From NCBI GenBank assembly GCA_023898465.1, contig CP060223.1, positions 224,001-288,000 of the forward strand: DNA of 64,000 bases. Reading direction: 5' to 3'. The notes beneath the pieces were generated by a model. The model made no database searches, was not told the origin of the DNA, and saw only the letters and a list, made by a program, of their open reading frames with translations. Source of the stretch: Candidatus Nomurabacteria bacterium (GTDB taxonomy: Bacteria > Patescibacteriota > Patescibacteriia > HK-STAS-PATE-3). The position numbers were made by a program, and so were the translations under genes. Positions 22,145 to 32,369 of the stretch are shown here, in pieces. Positions within the stretch are counted from its first letter, which is position 1. Every line of letters begins with the position of its first letter.

Positions 22145-23329
22145 ATGGCAGAAAATTTTGAACGCTCGAAACCTCACAAGAACGTCGGTACTATTGGTCA
22201 CGTAGACCATGGTAAGACGACTTTAACTGCAGCAATCCTGAAGACATTGACTGACGCTGGTATGAAAGCGTCCAATCGTTCTGTCGATGAGATTGATAGC
22301 GCGCCTGAAGAAAAGGCACGCGGTATTACTATTGCTACTGCGCACGTTGAGTATGAGACTGAAAAGTATCACTATGCGCACGTTGACTGTCCTGGTCACG
22401 CTGACTATGTGAAAAACATGATCACCGGTGCCGCACAGATGGACGGTGCTATCTTGGTGGTGTCAGCAACTGACGGTCCTATGCCTCAGACTCGCGAACA
22501 CATTCTCTTGGCCTACCAGGTTGGTGTGCCAAAGATTGTCGTTTTCTTGAACAAAATTGACCAAGTCCAAGACCAAGAGCTTATTGAATTGGTTGAAGTT
22601 GAAATTCGCGATCTCTTGAAGAAGTACGAATATCCTGGCGATGAAGTGCCGATTATTCGCGGTTCAGCTTTGAAGGCCTTAGAAGGCGACGAAGAAGCTA
22701 AGAAATCCATCATGGAGCTTATGAAGGCTGTTGATGAGTATATTCCTGAGCCTGTTCGTGAAACAGAAAAGTCCTTCCTCATGCCTGTAGAAGATATCTT
22801 CTCCATTGAAGGTCGTGGTACCGTGGTTACCGGTCGTATTGAGAGCGGTATCATCAAGGTAAACGAAGAAGTTGAAATCGTCGGTATCCGAGACACCCAG
22901 AAGACTGTGGTGACCGGAGTAGAAATGTTCAACAAGACTTTGGACGAAGGTCGCGCTGGCGATAACGCCGGTCTCTTGATCCGCGGTTTGAAAAAGGAAG
23001 ATGTGGAGCGCGGACAAGTCTTGGCCAAGCCGGGTACTATCACCCCGCACACTGAATTTGAATGTGAAGTCTATATCTTAACCAAGGATGAAGGTGGTCG
23101 ACACACTCCATTCTTCAAGGGATATAAACCACAGTTCTACATTCGTACGACTGATGTGACCGGTGAAGTGATTCTTCCAGAAAACACTGAAATGGTTATG
23201 CCTGGCGACACCGTCAACATCAAGGTTACTCTCCAGAGTCCGATTGCCTTAACCGAGCAGCAGCGCTTCGCCATCCGCGAAGGCGGCCACACGGTCGGCG
23301 CCGGAGTCGTCACTAAGATTCTTAAGTAA
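22145..23329 (+). CDS. tuf: elongation factor Tu
   Basis: [15 protein letters not shown] and NKxD motifs. Length 394 aa. Confidence 0.97.
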   Translation: MAENFERSKPHKNVGTIGHVDHGKTTLTAAILKTLTDAGMKASNRSVDEIDSAPEEKARGITIATAHVEYETEKYHYAHVDCPGHADYVKNMITGAAQMDGAILVVSATDGPMPQTREHILLAYQVGVPKIVVFLNKIDQVQDQELIELVEVEIRDLLKKYEYPGDEVPIIRGSALKALEGDEEAKKSIMELMKAVDEYIPEPVRETEKSFLMPVEDIFSIEGRGTVVTGRIESGIIKVNEEVEIVGIRDTQKTVVTGVEMFNKTLDEGRAGDNAGLLIRGLKKEDVERGQVLAKPGTITPHTEFECEVYILTKDEGGRHTPFFKGYKPQFYIRTTDVTGEVILPENTEMVMPGDTVNIKVTLQSPIALTEQQRFAIREGGHTVGAGVVTKILK

Positions 23330-23336
23330 GTGCTTA

Positions 23337-23385
23337 TCCGCCTCTCCTCACGGGACACCCAAGGACACGAGGCGGATTTGTAAAG
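23337..23385 (+). terminator. terminator/attenuator hairpin between tuf and rpsJ (atccgcctc...gaggcggat + TTTG)
   Basis: A 9-bp GC-rich inverted repeat with a short T-run. It is likely a partial terminator that allows read-through into the S10 operon. Confidence 0.5.
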
Positions 23386-23407
23386 CGATTCGATCATTCA
23401 ATCCACA

Positions 23408-23761
23408 ATGGCTGACAAGGAACACAAGGAAGCACCGAACAACGAAAGCGAAGCGCCATCGCAGCGTATTCGCATCAAGATTCGTGCATACGATCACAAG
23501 ATTGTAGACCAGTCGACTCGGACGATTATTGAAACTGCGCAGAAGTCTGGTGCAGCGGTAAAAGGACCAGTTCCTTTACCAACTGAGAAGACAAAGTACA
23601 CCGTACTGAAATCTTCCTTTGTGCATAAGAATGCTCGAGATCAATATGAAATGCGAGTGCACAAGCGCTTGCTGGACATTGTTGATCCGACACCAAAGAC
23701 TGTTGATGCATTGATGAGTTTGAGTCTACCAGCCGGTGTCGATATCGAAATTAAGATGTAA
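23408..23761 (+). CDS. rpsJ: 30S ribosomal protein S10 (with short N-terminal extension)
   Basis: [12 protein letters not shown]...[12 protein letters not shown]...[10 protein letters not shown] is the S10 core. Confidence 0.9.
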   Translation: MADKEHKEAPNNESEAPSQRIRIKIRAYDHKIVDQSTRTIIETAQKSGAAVKGPVPLPTEKTKYTVLKSSFVHKNARDQYEMRVHKRLLDIVDPTPKTVDALMSLSLPAGVDIEIKM

Positions 23762-23990
23762 GTATGTCGATTGGTCAGTATATCTTACTTAATTTGCTGC
23801 CACTGATCGATTACCTTAAGTCTCTGTTTACTTAACACCTCGGTAATTGCGTTCTCGGGATGACAAGACTCGTAACGGTATAGCGTTAATCCCTAGATAA
23901 CCTTTTGCCAGCAAGCATCTCACCAACCGTGGTCATCAGGCCTCGTTCGGAAGTGATTGTCTGGCCTTCACGGTATTTTTGTGCAAGTGT

Positions 23991-24806
23991 ATGAAATTCA
24001 TTCTCGGTAAAAAACTTGGCATGTCTCAGCGCTTTCGACCTGACGGTACGAGAGTGTCAGTCACCCACGTGCAAGCCACTCCAATGGTTGTCACGCAGGT
24101 AAAGACAGCGGAAAAAGACGGCTATACTGCCGTCCAGCTTGGTATGACTGGCAAGCGTAATCTATCCAAGCCAGTTCAGCAGCACCTGAAGGATTTACCA
24201 CAAGTTGCCGAGCTGCATGAATTTCGCATGGACGACACTGCTAAATTCGAACGCGGTCAAACCTATACTGTACAGACTTTCACGCCAGGCGATGCCGTAA
24301 AGGTAACTGGAATTTCCAAAGGTAAAGGTTTCGCCGGTGTGGTAAAGCGTCATGGATTCGGCGGTAGTCCTAAAACACACGGTCATAAAGATCAACTTCG
24401 CATGCCTGGTTCCATTGGTGCAACAGACGCACAACGCGTTATGAAAGGTAAGCGCATGGCTGGTCGCATGGGCGCCGAACAAGTAACTATTCGCAATCTT
24501 GAAATCGTTGACATTGATGCCGAACATAATGAGCTCCTTATTTCCGGAGCAGTGCCTGGCGCGCGTCATGGATTGTTAATCATCACTGCTGAAGGAGATA
24601 TGCCTGAGCCAGTCCAAGAGCAAAAGCAGGAAGCTCCAGCAGAAGAGGTAAACAAGGTTGAGGAAGTTGCCAAGCCAGAAAATCCTGAAACTGAAGTAAA
24701 GGCAGAAGCGAGTGACGAAAAAACCGAAACCCCAGCAGCTGAAGTAACTCCAGAAAAGGCTGAAGAGAAAACTGAGGAAAATACCGAAGCGAAAAAGGAA
24801 GCCTAG
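23991..24806 (+). CDS. rplC: 50S ribosomal protein L3 with about 70-aa acidic/Lys-rich C-terminal tail
   Basis: MKFILGKKLGMSQ... is the L3 core. The C-terminal EAPAEEVNKVEEVAKPENPETEVKAEASDEKTET... tail is low complexity. I chose ATG 23991; the track ORF starts at 23979. Confidence 0.9.
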   Translation: MKFILGKKLGMSQRFRPDGTRVSVTHVQATPMVVTQVKTAEKDGYTAVQLGMTGKRNLSKPVQQHLKDLPQVAELHEFRMDDTAKFERGQTYTVQTFTPGDAVKVTGISKGKGFAGVVKRHGFGGSPKTHGHKDQLRMPGSIGATDAQRVMKGKRMAGRMGAEQVTIRNLEIVDIDAEHNELLISGAVPGARHGLLIITAEGDMPEPVQEQKQEAPAEEVNKVEEVAKPENPETEVKAEASDEKTETPAAEVTPEKAEEKTEENTEAKKEA

Positions 24807-24808
24807 GT

Positions 24809-25159
24809 ATGAAGAAACGGGGGCAGACCTATAACAAGCTAGTCCGCGATCTCATCCCCGAGATTATCGCCGAAGACGGTTATCACGCTGAGATCAGGGT
24901 GCTCGATGAAGTAGAGTATCTCAAAGCCCTTCGAGAAAAACTTTTCGAAGAAGCTAAAGAACTTGCCGAGGCTCCTGATGTCACCGCGATAACCAATGAA
25001 CTCATTGATCTTTATGAAGTGCTCGCCGCCTTTGAAAAGGCCTATGGACTCCGTCACAGCGAAGTGATCGAGCTCCAGGAAAAGAAGCGAGCTGAGCGCG
25101 GTGGATTCAAGAAACGCCTCTTCCTAGTTCGCACAGAGCTGGATGAGGATGAAGAATAA
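24809..25159 (+). CDS. all-alpha NTP pyrophosphohydrolase (MazG/HisE superfamily, COG4997-like) inserted in the S10 operon
   Basis: YNKLVRDLIPEII...EEAKELAEA...ELIDLYEVLAA...KKRAERGGFKKRLFL matches the small 'house-cleaning' NTP-PPase family (YNKLVRDRIPEII ... KK.ERGGF). Confidence 0.75.
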   Translation: MKKRGQTYNKLVRDLIPEIIAEDGYHAEIRVLDEVEYLKALREKLFEEAKELAEAPDVTAITNELIDLYEVLAAFEKAYGLRHSEVIELQEKKRAERGGFKKRLFLVRTELDEDEE

Positions 25160-25163
25160 TTTC

Positions 25164-25802
25164 ATGGAAAAAGTACAGACAACAATTCATGGTAAAGACG
25201 GCGCAGCTGCCGGAAATCTCGACCTCGACCCTTCAGTTTTCGGGATTGAGTGGAACGACGGATTAATCTATCAGGTCGTTCGCGTGCAGCAGCTTAATCG
25301 TCGACAGCCAGTGGCTCATACCAAAACTCGCGCAGAGGTGAGTGGTGGTGGTAAGAAGCCATGGCGTCAAAAAGGTACCGGTCGAGCCCGTCATGGTTCG
25401 ATTCGCTCGCCAATTTGGGTCGGTGGTGGTGTAGCCTTTGGTCCGCGCAATACTCGCGTGTATGCCTTAAAGGTGAACACCAAGGCCCGTCGTAAAGCGA
25501 TTCGTATGGCCTTGAGCGCCAAGTTACAGCACGATCAGATGTATGTGATTGATGATTTGCAGCTTGATCCAATGAAGACAAAGACCTTAGCTGACCTACT
25601 GAAGACGCATAAGTTAAAGAAGGTAACTCTGGTTCCTCCACAGCATATGCCTGAGCTGCGACGTATCGCAAAGAATATGCCTAATGTAAATGTTATCCGA
25701 GCTGACAGCTTAAATACCGTTGACATTCTGAACTCCAGCGTGTTATTGATGCCGAAGCAATCAGTCGAGGTAATTGAAAAAACTTTTCGTCCAAAAGAGT
25801 AA
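25164..25802 (+). CDS. rplD: 50S ribosomal protein L4
   Basis: GGGKKPWRQKGTGRARHGSIRSPIWVGGGVAFGP is the L4 core. Start chosen at ATG 25164, just after the upstream stop. Confidence 0.9.
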   Translation: MEKVQTTIHGKDGAAAGNLDLDPSVFGIEWNDGLIYQVVRVQQLNRRQPVAHTKTRAEVSGGGKKPWRQKGTGRARHGSIRSPIWVGGGVAFGPRNTRVYALKVNTKARRKAIRMALSAKLQHDQMYVIDDLQLDPMKTKTLADLLKTHKLKKVTLVPPQHMPELRRIAKNMPNVNVIRADSLNTVDILNSSVLLMPKQSVEVIEKTFRPKE

Positions 25803-25808
25803 TCCATC

Positions 25809-26330
25809 ATGGGAATTTTTGACCGCTTCACTCAGAAGCAAGACAAGAAAACACTGCAGGAAAAAGCCTCTCGTTCTGAGCGTCAGAAGGAGACAGTGAA
25901 GGCTGCAGCCAAGCGAGCTGAGGAAGAAAAGAAAAAGTCTTTTCAGTCAGTCCCGGCAGCTGGTAAAAAATCTGAAGTAAAGGAAGAGAAGAAGGAAGTG
26001 GAAAAGACAAGTGCAGCTGCACCGGTCAAAGCTAAGAAGACTGACACTGCGGCAGCTGATACTGTGCTGGTAAGGCCGATTATTACTGAAAAAGCCGGAT
26101 ATCTCAGCGCTAAGCATCAATACATTTTCGAGGTGCATCCTCAAGCAAATAAGATCATGATTCAGAAGGCGATTGAAGCAAATTATGGCGTACGGCCAAT
26201 CCGGGTAAATATTATCACGGTAGCTGGTCGAGAAGTTCGTTACGGACGCACCACTGGCCGCACAAATTTCTGGAAAAAAGCAATTGTGACATTACCAAAA
26301 GATAAGACTATTGACGTGTACGAGGTCTAA
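25809..26330 (+). CDS. rplW: 50S ribosomal protein L23 with about 80-aa Lys/Glu-rich N-terminal extension
   Basis: C-terminal core VLVRPIITEKA...FEVHPQANKIMIQKAIE. The N-terminal KE-rich extension is low complexity. Confidence 0.85.
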   Translation: MGIFDRFTQKQDKKTLQEKASRSERQKETVKAAAKRAEEEKKKSFQSVPAAGKKSEVKEEKKEVEKTSAAAPVKAKKTDTAAADTVLVRPIITEKAGYLSAKHQYIFEVHPQANKIMIQKAIEANYGVRPIRVNIITVAGREVRYGRTTGRTNFWKKAIVTLPKDKTIDVYEV

Positions 26331-26332
26331 GT

Positions 26333-27172
26333 ATGGCATTGAAGAAATACAAGCCAACCACACCTGGACGACGAGCCTCCTCAGTCGTCGATACCTCGTA
26401 TCTGACAAAGAAGCGTCCAGAGAAAAAGTTAATCTTCCGAGTGAAGAAGACGGGCGGACGTAACAGTCAGGGTAAAATTACTGTGCGTCACCGCGGCGGT
26501 GGCGAAAAGCGATTTTATCGCATGGTAGATTTTTTGCAGAATCGCTATGACGATGCAGCAAGCGTCATCGCGCTTGAGTATGATCCAAACCGCAGCGCTC
26601 ACATTGCATTGATCGAATTCCCTGATAAAGAGCGACGTTATATTCTCGCTCCACAAGGTTTGCAAGTTGGCGATACAGTTACTTCAGCTAAAGAGAAGAC
26701 TGCCATCCAAACCGGTAATCGCATGCCGATCGAGTTTATTCCAACTGGACTTTTCCTTCACAATATTGAATTGAAGCCGGGTGCAGGTGGGAAGCTTGTT
26801 CGTTCAGCTGGTATGCAGGCGAGCCTCATGGCCATCGATGGTGACTATGCGCAGATTAAGATGCCATCAGGTGAAGTACGAAAGTTTTCTAAAAAAGTGC
26901 ACGCGTCCATCGGTCAAATTGGAAATGTTGATCACGGTAATGTCCGCATTGGTAAGGCCGGTCGCGTACGCCGCATGGGTTTCCGTCCATCAGTTCGTGG
27001 TAAGGCCATGAACCCAGTTGATCACCCACACGGTGGTGGAGAAGGAAATCAGCCAATTGGTTTGAAGCATCCGAAGACCCCATGGGGCAAACCAGCCCTT
27101 GGCGTCCGTACTCGACGTCGTAAAGCGAGTGATGCATTGATTCTTCAACGTCGTAAAACTAAGAAGAGGTAA
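26333..27172 (+). CDS. rplB: 50S ribosomal protein L2
   Basis: Conserved L2 sequence (GRNSQGKITVRHRGGG...HPHGGGEG). Confidence 0.95.
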   Translation: MALKKYKPTTPGRRASSVVDTSYLTKKRPEKKLIFRVKKTGGRNSQGKITVRHRGGGEKRFYRMVDFLQNRYDDAASVIALEYDPNRSAHIALIEFPDKERRYILAPQGLQVGDTVTSAKEKTAIQTGNRMPIEFIPTGLFLHNIELKPGAGGKLVRSAGMQASLMAIDGDYAQIKMPSGEVRKFSKKVHASIGQIGNVDHGNVRIGKAGRVRRMGFRPSVRGKAMNPVDHPHGGGEGNQPIGLKHPKTPWGKPALGVRTRRRKASDALILQRRKTKKR

Positions 27173-27175
27173 GCT

Positions 27176-27511
27176 ATGTCACGAAGTCTAAAAAAAGGAC
27201 CATGGACTGACCCAAAGCTTCTCAAAAAGCTGGAGAAGTTTAAGAAGGGCGATCGCACGGTTATCAAAACTTGGTCACGCGATTCAGTTATTACGCCTGA
27301 AATGGTTGGATTCACCTTCGGTGTGCACAATGGCAAAGATCATATTTCAGTATTCGTGGTAGAAAATATGGTAGGACATCGCTTAGGTGAATTCTCCCCA
27401 TCACGTAAATTTGTTCGACACGGTGGACGTATGCAAAAAGAGGCTGAGCAAGCCGCTGCTGCAGCTCAGAAAAAGCAGACTGAGGCAGCTCAAACACCCG
27501 CCAAAAAATAA
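27176..27511 (+). CDS. rpsS: 30S ribosomal protein S19 (C-terminal Ala/Gln-rich tail)
   Basis: [10 protein letters not shown]...[11 protein letters not shown]. Confidence 0.9.
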   Translation: MSRSLKKGPWTDPKLLKKLEKFKKGDRTVIKTWSRDSVITPEMVGFTFGVHNGKDHISVFVVENMVGHRLGEFSPSRKFVRHGGRMQKEAEQAAAAAQKKQTEAAQTPAKK

Positions 27512-27516
27512 TAACT

Positions 27517-28020
27517 ATGGAATTTCGAGCTCACATTTCTTATTTGCGCATTGCCCCTCGTAAGGTTCGCTTAGTAGCCGGACTCTTGCGTGGTAAGCGT
27601 GTCGATCAAGCGCTGCACCAGCTGCAGATTCTTCGTAAGGGTTCTACTAGCCCCTTACGCAAACTCTTGCTCTCGGCAGTAGCAAATGCAGCAAAGCAAG
27701 ATAAAAAGGCTGAAGATTTGTATGTTGCCACATTAGTGGTAAACGAAGGACCTCGCTTAAAGCGTTACCGCCCACGAGCCTTTGGTCGAGCTGCAGTTAT
27801 TCTGAAACGATCTTCTCACATCACCCTTACCTTGACAGATCAGCAAAAGGGTGGCAAAAAGAGCAAGTTATCTGCAAAAGAAGAAGCAAAGTCTGCTGAA
27901 GCGACTGAAGTGAAGAAAGAAGAGAAAAAGGCAGAGACAAGTAAAGCTGCGGCCCCTAAAAAGACTGCAACAAAGAAAGCTACTACTTCAACGGTAAAAA
28001 AGCCTCGCGCTAAGAAATAG
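27517..28020 (+). CDS. rplV: 50S ribosomal protein L22 (C-terminal Lys/Ala-rich tail)
   Basis: L22 core plus a KKSKLSAKEEAKSAEATEVKKEEKKAETSKAAAPKK tail. Confidence 0.9.
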   Translation: MEFRAHISYLRIAPRKVRLVAGLLRGKRVDQALHQLQILRKGSTSPLRKLLLSAVANAAKQDKKAEDLYVATLVVNEGPRLKRYRPRAFGRAAVILKRSSHITLTLTDQQKGGKKSKLSAKEEAKSAEATEVKKEEKKAETSKAAAPKKTATKKATTSTVKKPRAKK

Positions 28021-28021
28021 T

Positions 28022-28705
28022 ATGGGACAAAAAGTTCATCCAATTGGTTTTCGACTGGGTATTAATCGGAATTGGAATTCCCGATGGTTCTCAGCTCGTG
28101 CATATCGCGAATATCTGAAGCAGGATGTAAACATTCGTAAGCACATTACGAATAAGCTGAAAAATTCAGGTATTTCTCGCATCGACATCGAGCGTTCATC
28201 CGGCAGTATGACTGTCACCATTCATACCTCTAAGCCTGGCTTAGTGATCGGTCGTGGTGGCGCTGCTAGCGAAGAGTTGCGCGTTGAGATCCGCCGAAAA
28301 TTCATCCGAGACCCAAAGCTCCAACTGAAGTTGAGCATTCAAGAAATTACCCGCCCGGAAGTTGATGCAAATATCGTTGTCCAAAACGTTATTGAGCAAT
28401 TAGAAAAGCGTATGCCTTTCCGCCGCGTATTAAAGACCACGATTGAGTCAGTCAAGCGCGCAGGTGCTGAAGGTGTTAAAGTCATGGTAGCAGGTCGCCT
28501 CAACGGCGCAGAAATTGCTCGAACAGAATACTTAACCTGGGGCAAACTTCCTCTGCAAACCATTCGCGCGAACATTGATTACAGTCGCGGTGTGGCTCGA
28601 ACTATTTACGGCGCAATTGGCGTAAAGGTCTGGATTTATAAGGGTGAAGTCTTTGCTAAAGAGCAGGGCAATACTGAAGAAGAGCCTCTTGGAACGGTTC
28701 TCTAA
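28022..28705 (+). CDS. rpsC: 30S ribosomal protein S3
   Basis: MGQKVHPIGFRLG... KH domain. Confidence 0.95.
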   Translation: MGQKVHPIGFRLGINRNWNSRWFSARAYREYLKQDVNIRKHITNKLKNSGISRIDIERSSGSMTVTIHTSKPGLVIGRGGAASEELRVEIRRKFIRDPKLQLKLSIQEITRPEVDANIVVQNVIEQLEKRMPFRRVLKTTIESVKRAGAEGVKVMVAGRLNGAEIARTEYLTWGKLPLQTIRANIDYSRGVARTIYGAIGVKVWIYKGEVFAKEQGNTEEEPLGTVL

Positions 28706-28720
28706 GCCAACAATTTTTCT

Positions 28721-29137
28721 ATGTTAACTCCACGTAAAGTAAAGCATCGTAAATGGCATCGCGGCCGAGTCCGCGGTAAAGCGCAGCGCAAAATCGCGTT
28801 GAGCTTCGGCCAATACGGCATCAAGGCGCAGAGCTCGGCTTGGATGACAGCTCGTCAAATTGAAGCAGCCCGCCGTGCCATCACTCGTTTTATGCAAAAA
28901 GGTGGTAAAGTCTGGATTCGCATTTTCCCTGATAAGCCAGTGACGATTAAAGGTAATGAAATCCGCATGGGTGGAGGTAAAGGTTCAGTTGATCACTATG
29001 TTGCCGTAGTGAAGCCAGGTACAGTACTCTTTGAGATCAGCGGTGTTGATCGCGATACGGCAAAAGAAGCACTTCGGCTCGCTTCCTACAAGCTGCCGGT
29101 GCAAACACGATTTATTGAAAAAGTACACGTCGCATGA
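28721..29137 (+). CDS. rplP: 50S ribosomal protein L16
   Basis: [11 protein letters not shown]...[16 protein letters not shown]. Confidence 0.95.
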   Translation: MLTPRKVKHRKWHRGRVRGKAQRKIALSFGQYGIKAQSSAWMTARQIEAARRAITRFMQKGGKVWIRIFPDKPVTIKGNEIRMGGGKGSVDHYVAVVKPGTVLFEISGVDRDTAKEALRLASYKLPVQTRFIEKVHVA

Positions 29138-29340
29138 AACAGCAGGAATTACAAAATAAGACTGCGGCTGAGCTACAAAAAATTCTGGCTGAGAAGCGAG
29201 CTGAGTTGCGTGAATTACGTTTCAAGGTTGCGAATGGTCAGCTCAAAGACGTGCGTGATGTACGAACAGTCCGTAAGACTATTGCCCGTGTGCTGACTAT
29301 GTTGCACACTATGAAGTCAAAAGCAACGTCAAACTCCTAA
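29134..29340 (+). CDS. rpmC: 50S ribosomal protein L29
   Basis: 68 aa, KTAAELQKILAEKRAELRELRFK. Position in operon. Confidence 0.85.
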   Translation: MKQQELQNKTAAELQKILAEKRAELRELRFKVANGQLKDVRDVRTVRKTIARVLTMLHTMKSKATSNS

Positions 29341-29344
29341 TTTT

Positions 29345-29608
29345 ATGAACGAAGCATCATCAAAAAAAGTGCAGCAACGAACCCTGGAAGGTACTGTCGT
29401 ATCAACCAGCATGGATAAAACGCTTGTGGTTCGAGTAGAGCGCACAAAGCTCCATCCTAAATACGACAAGCGCTATATCACCACAAAGAAATTCTTGGTG
29501 CATGATCCAAAAAATAGCCATAAAGTCGGTGATAAAGTGCGCTTTGTTGCTTCACGTCCGATTTCCAAGCGGAAGCGATGGCTGGTTGTTGAGGAGAAAA
29601 GCTCATGA
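29345..29608 (+). CDS. rpsQ: 30S ribosomal protein S17
   Basis: [18 protein letters not shown]...HPKYDKRY. Confidence 0.9.
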   Translation: MNEASSKKVQQRTLEGTVVSTSMDKTLVVRVERTKLHPKYDKRYITTKKFLVHDPKNSHKVGDKVRFVASRPISKRKRWLVVEEKSS

Positions 29609-29976
29609 TTCAACCTCGCACACTTCTCGTATTAGCTGATAACTCCGGCGCCCGCCGACTCCGCTGCATTAAAGTGCTTGGTGGTTACAAGAAGCGTTAT
29701 GCTCGCTTAGGCGATATCATCACTGCTTCAGTCATTGAAGCAACTCCGCACTCAGCAGTGAAGAAGGGTGAAGTCGTCCACGCGGTTATCGTACGCACTC
29801 GTAAAGAAACATTGCGCAAGGACGGATCCACTATTCGATTTGACGATAATGCCGCGGTATTAGTTGATCAAAAGAGTAAAGAACCTCGTGCCACTCGTAT
29901 TTTCGGACCAATTGGCCGTGAAATTAAGCAGCTGGGATTTGCAAAGATCGCATCTCTCGCTCCTGAAGTTTTGTAA
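29605..29976 (+). CDS. rplN: 50S ribosomal protein L14
   Basis: [17 protein letters not shown]... conserved. Confidence 0.95.
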   Translation: MIQPRTLLVLADNSGARRLRCIKVLGGYKKRYARLGDIITASVIEATPHSAVKKGEVVHAVIVRTRKETLRKDGSTIRFDDNAAVLVDQKSKEPRATRIFGPIGREIKQLGFAKIASLAPEVL

Positions 29977-29981
29977 AACGT

Positions 29982-30290
29982 ATGTATATCAAGAAAGGCG
30001 ACAACGTGCAGATGACCACCGGTAAAGACCGGGGAAAAAAGGGTAAAGTCACCCAAGTTTTTCCTAGTGACCAGCGGGTTGTGGTGGAAGGCTTGAATAA
30101 GATGAGTAAGAATGTCCGTGCACGAAACGCAAATGAAAAAGGCCAAGTCGTTGCCTTTGACGCGCCAGTACATATTTCTAATGTTATGTTGCTTTGCCCA
30201 AAGTGTGGTAAGACCACTCGGGTAGCCTATCATGTGGCTGATGACAAAAAGTCTCGCCAGTGCCGTAAATGTAAAGAAGCTTTTGCTTAA
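29982..30290 (+). CDS. rplX: 50S ribosomal protein L24 with C-terminal C4 zinc-ribbon
   Basis: KOW motif IKKGDNVQMTTGKDRGKKGKV, then CPKCG...CRKC at the C-terminus. Confidence 0.85.
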   Translation: MYIKKGDNVQMTTGKDRGKKGKVTQVFPSDQRVVVEGLNKMSKNVRARNANEKGQVVAFDAPVHISNVMLLCPKCGKTTRVAYHVADDKKSRQCRKCKEAFA

Positions 30291-30296
30291 ATCTCT

Positions 30297-30842
30297 ATGA
30301 CTCGGATTCGTGAACGATATGTAAAGGAAGTTGTTCCAGAGCTCAAAAAAGAGTTTGGATACACCAATGACCTTTCAGTGCCTCGATTGGAAAAAATCGT
30401 GGTAAACGTGGGCGTTGGTCGATCGCTCAAGGATCCGAAGCATATCGAGTTTGTCACGAAGGCACTTGAGCGGATCACTGGTCAGAAGCCATCTCCACGC
30501 AAGGCTCGTCTCTCCATTTCTGGATTCAAGATTCGCAAAGGCATGGTGGTTGGTCTGACTGTTACACTGCGCGGCACACGTATGGATGAATTCTTTGACC
30601 GCTTAGTAAATATCAGCCTGCCACGTGTACGTGACTTCCAAGGCTTAGACGAAAAATCTTTTGGTCAATCTGGCAATTATTCACTTGGATTAAAAGAGCA
30701 CACTGTTTTCCCAGAAACGCAATCAGATGACATTGATCAAACCTTTGGACTCGAAATTACTATTGTAACGACCGCCAAGAATGCGGCCGAAGGGAAAGCA
30801 CTCTTAACTCACTTGGGTTTCCCATTCAAGAAAGACGAGTAG
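30297..30842 (+). CDS. rplE: 50S ribosomal protein L5
   Basis: Conserved L5 sequence. Confidence 0.95.
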   Translation: MTRIRERYVKEVVPELKKEFGYTNDLSVPRLEKIVVNVGVGRSLKDPKHIEFVTKALERITGQKPSPRKARLSISGFKIRKGMVVGLTVTLRGTRMDEFFDRLVNISLPRVRDFQGLDEKSFGQSGNYSLGLKEHTVFPETQSDDIDQTFGLEITIVTTAKNAAEGKALLTHLGFPFKKDE

Positions 30843-30843
30843 T

Positions 30844-31038
30844 ATGGCTAAAGAATCTCAAATCGCAAAGAGTCGTAAGAACAGCAAAAAGGCGAAGTAT
30901 TCAACCCGAATTGTTCGCCGATGCTGGCGCTGTGGTCGCAAACGCGGATACATGCGTAAGTTTGATCTCTGTCGTATTTGTTTCCGTGAGTTAGCCACCC
31001 GAGGTGAGATTCCGGGTGTGAAAAAGTCTTCCTGGTAA
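30844..31038 (+). CDS. rpsZ: 30S ribosomal protein S14, zinc-binding type Z
   Basis: 64 aa with [20 protein letters not shown] (C4 zinc site). Confidence 0.9.
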   Translation: MAKESQIAKSRKNSKKAKYSTRIVRRCWRCGRKRGYMRKFDLCRICFRELATRGEIPGVKKSSW

Positions 31039-31049
31039 TACCATTTCCT

Positions 31050-31442
31050 ATGAGCATGTCTGACCCAATTTCCGACTTCCTTACTCGACTGCGCAATGCC
31101 GTTTTGGCAGGCCAGTGGCAGCTTGAATCACCATATTCAAAGTTGAAGCTTGCGATACTCGATATCCTCAAGCAGGAAGGTTATGTGGAATCATATAGCA
31201 CCGATGAAGGTCGTGGCGTGGTGACTATCATGCTGCAAAAGGCTGAGAACGGTCATCCAGTACTTCGTTCAATTCGTCGGGTCAGTCGACCTGGACACCG
31301 TATCTATGTGAAGCGTCAAAGTTTGCCACGCGTGGTCAATGATTATGGTATCGCAATTGTCTCTACTTCACAGGGAGTGATGACAAATCGAGAAGCGCGT
31401 AAGCGTTCCCTAGGCGGCGAAGTTATTTGTGAGGTTTCCTAA
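31050..31442 (+). CDS. rpsH: 30S ribosomal protein S8
   Basis: MSMSDPISDFLTRLRNA... conserved. Confidence 0.95.
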   Translation: MSMSDPISDFLTRLRNAVLAGQWQLESPYSKLKLAILDILKQEGYVESYSTDEGRGVVTIMLQKAENGHPVLRSIRRVSRPGHRIYVKRQSLPRVVNDYGIAIVSTSQGVMTNREARKRSLGGEVICEVS

Positions 31443-31450
31443 TATTTCCT

Positions 31451-31996
31451 ATGTCACGTATTGGTAAATTACCCATTGCAATCCCTGACGGCGTAACCGT
31501 AACACTCACTCCTGAGCTGATCACGGTGAAGGGTCCGAAAGGTGAATTACAGCAAGCCCTGCTTGCCAAGGTGCAGGTTACCCAAGAAAACGGTGCAGTG
31601 CAGGTTTCAGTGAAAGATCCTAATGAAAAGCAGCAACGTTCACTTTGGGGCTTATATCAGCGTCTAATTTCCAATATGATTATTGGAGTGACCAAGGGCT
31701 TTACGAAGCAATTGGAAATCAACGGTGTGGGATATCAAGCTGTCATGAAGGGTAAGAATTTGGTGCTGTCAGTTGGATTTTCTCACCCGGTAGAATTTCC
31801 TATTCCAGATGATTTAATTGCCACTGCCGAAAAGAACCAAATTACTATTAGCGGATCTGATAAACAGCGAGTGGGCGAGATAGCCGCGCAGATTCGTCGC
31901 ATCCGTAAGCCAGAACCATATAAAGGTAAGGGTATTAAATACTCTGATGAAATTATCCGCCGTAAGGCCGGTAAACAAGCCAAGGCTGGCGCATAA
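31451..31996 (+). CDS. rplF: 50S ribosomal protein L6
   Basis: MSRIGKLPIAIPDGVTV... Confidence 0.95.
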   Translation: MSRIGKLPIAIPDGVTVTLTPELITVKGPKGELQQALLAKVQVTQENGAVQVSVKDPNEKQQRSLWGLYQRLISNMIIGVTKGFTKQLEINGVGYQAVMKGKNLVLSVGFSHPVEFPIPDDLIATAEKNQITISGSDKQRVGEIAAQIRRIRKPEPYKGKGIKYSDEIIRRKAGKQAKAGA

Positions 31997-32005
31997 GGTA
32001 TAGTT

Positions 32006-32365
32006 ATGAGCACACATTTAATGCACAAACAAGCAAAATTACAGCGACGAAAGCGCCGAGTTCGCGCGCGAGTTTCTGGCACTGCTGAACGACCTCGTTT
32101 AAGCGTCAGCCGCAGCGTGAAACACGTGCTTGTTCAGTTAATTGATGACACTACGCATCGCACACTTTTAACTATGACTGATCGTGGAGCAAAAGATATC
32201 ACCGGTACGAAGACCGAACGAGCTCGCGAATTAGGAAAGCGTTTTGCCAAGGCCGCCCAAGAAAAGGGTCTTACCCAAGCAGTTTTTGATCGAGGCGGAC
32301 GACTTTATCACGGCCGTGTCCAAGCAATCGCTGAAGGCGCCCGAGAAGCCGGACTTAAATTATAA
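32006..32365 (+). CDS. rplR: 50S ribosomal protein L18
   Basis: RLSVSRS.KH...QLIDD... L18 core. Confidence 0.9.
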   Translation: MSTHLMHKQAKLQRRKRRVRARVSGTAERPRLSVSRSVKHVLVQLIDDTTHRTLLTMTDRGAKDITGTKTERARELGKRFAKAAQEKGLTQAVFDRGGRLYHGRVQAIAEGAREAGLKL

Positions 32366-32369
32366 GACT

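Noticed and set aside
22513-23397. Antisense ORFs inside tuf (22513-23052 -, 22679-23050 -, 23137-23397 -)
   Set aside because: They are shadow ORFs of EF-Tu with no independent support.
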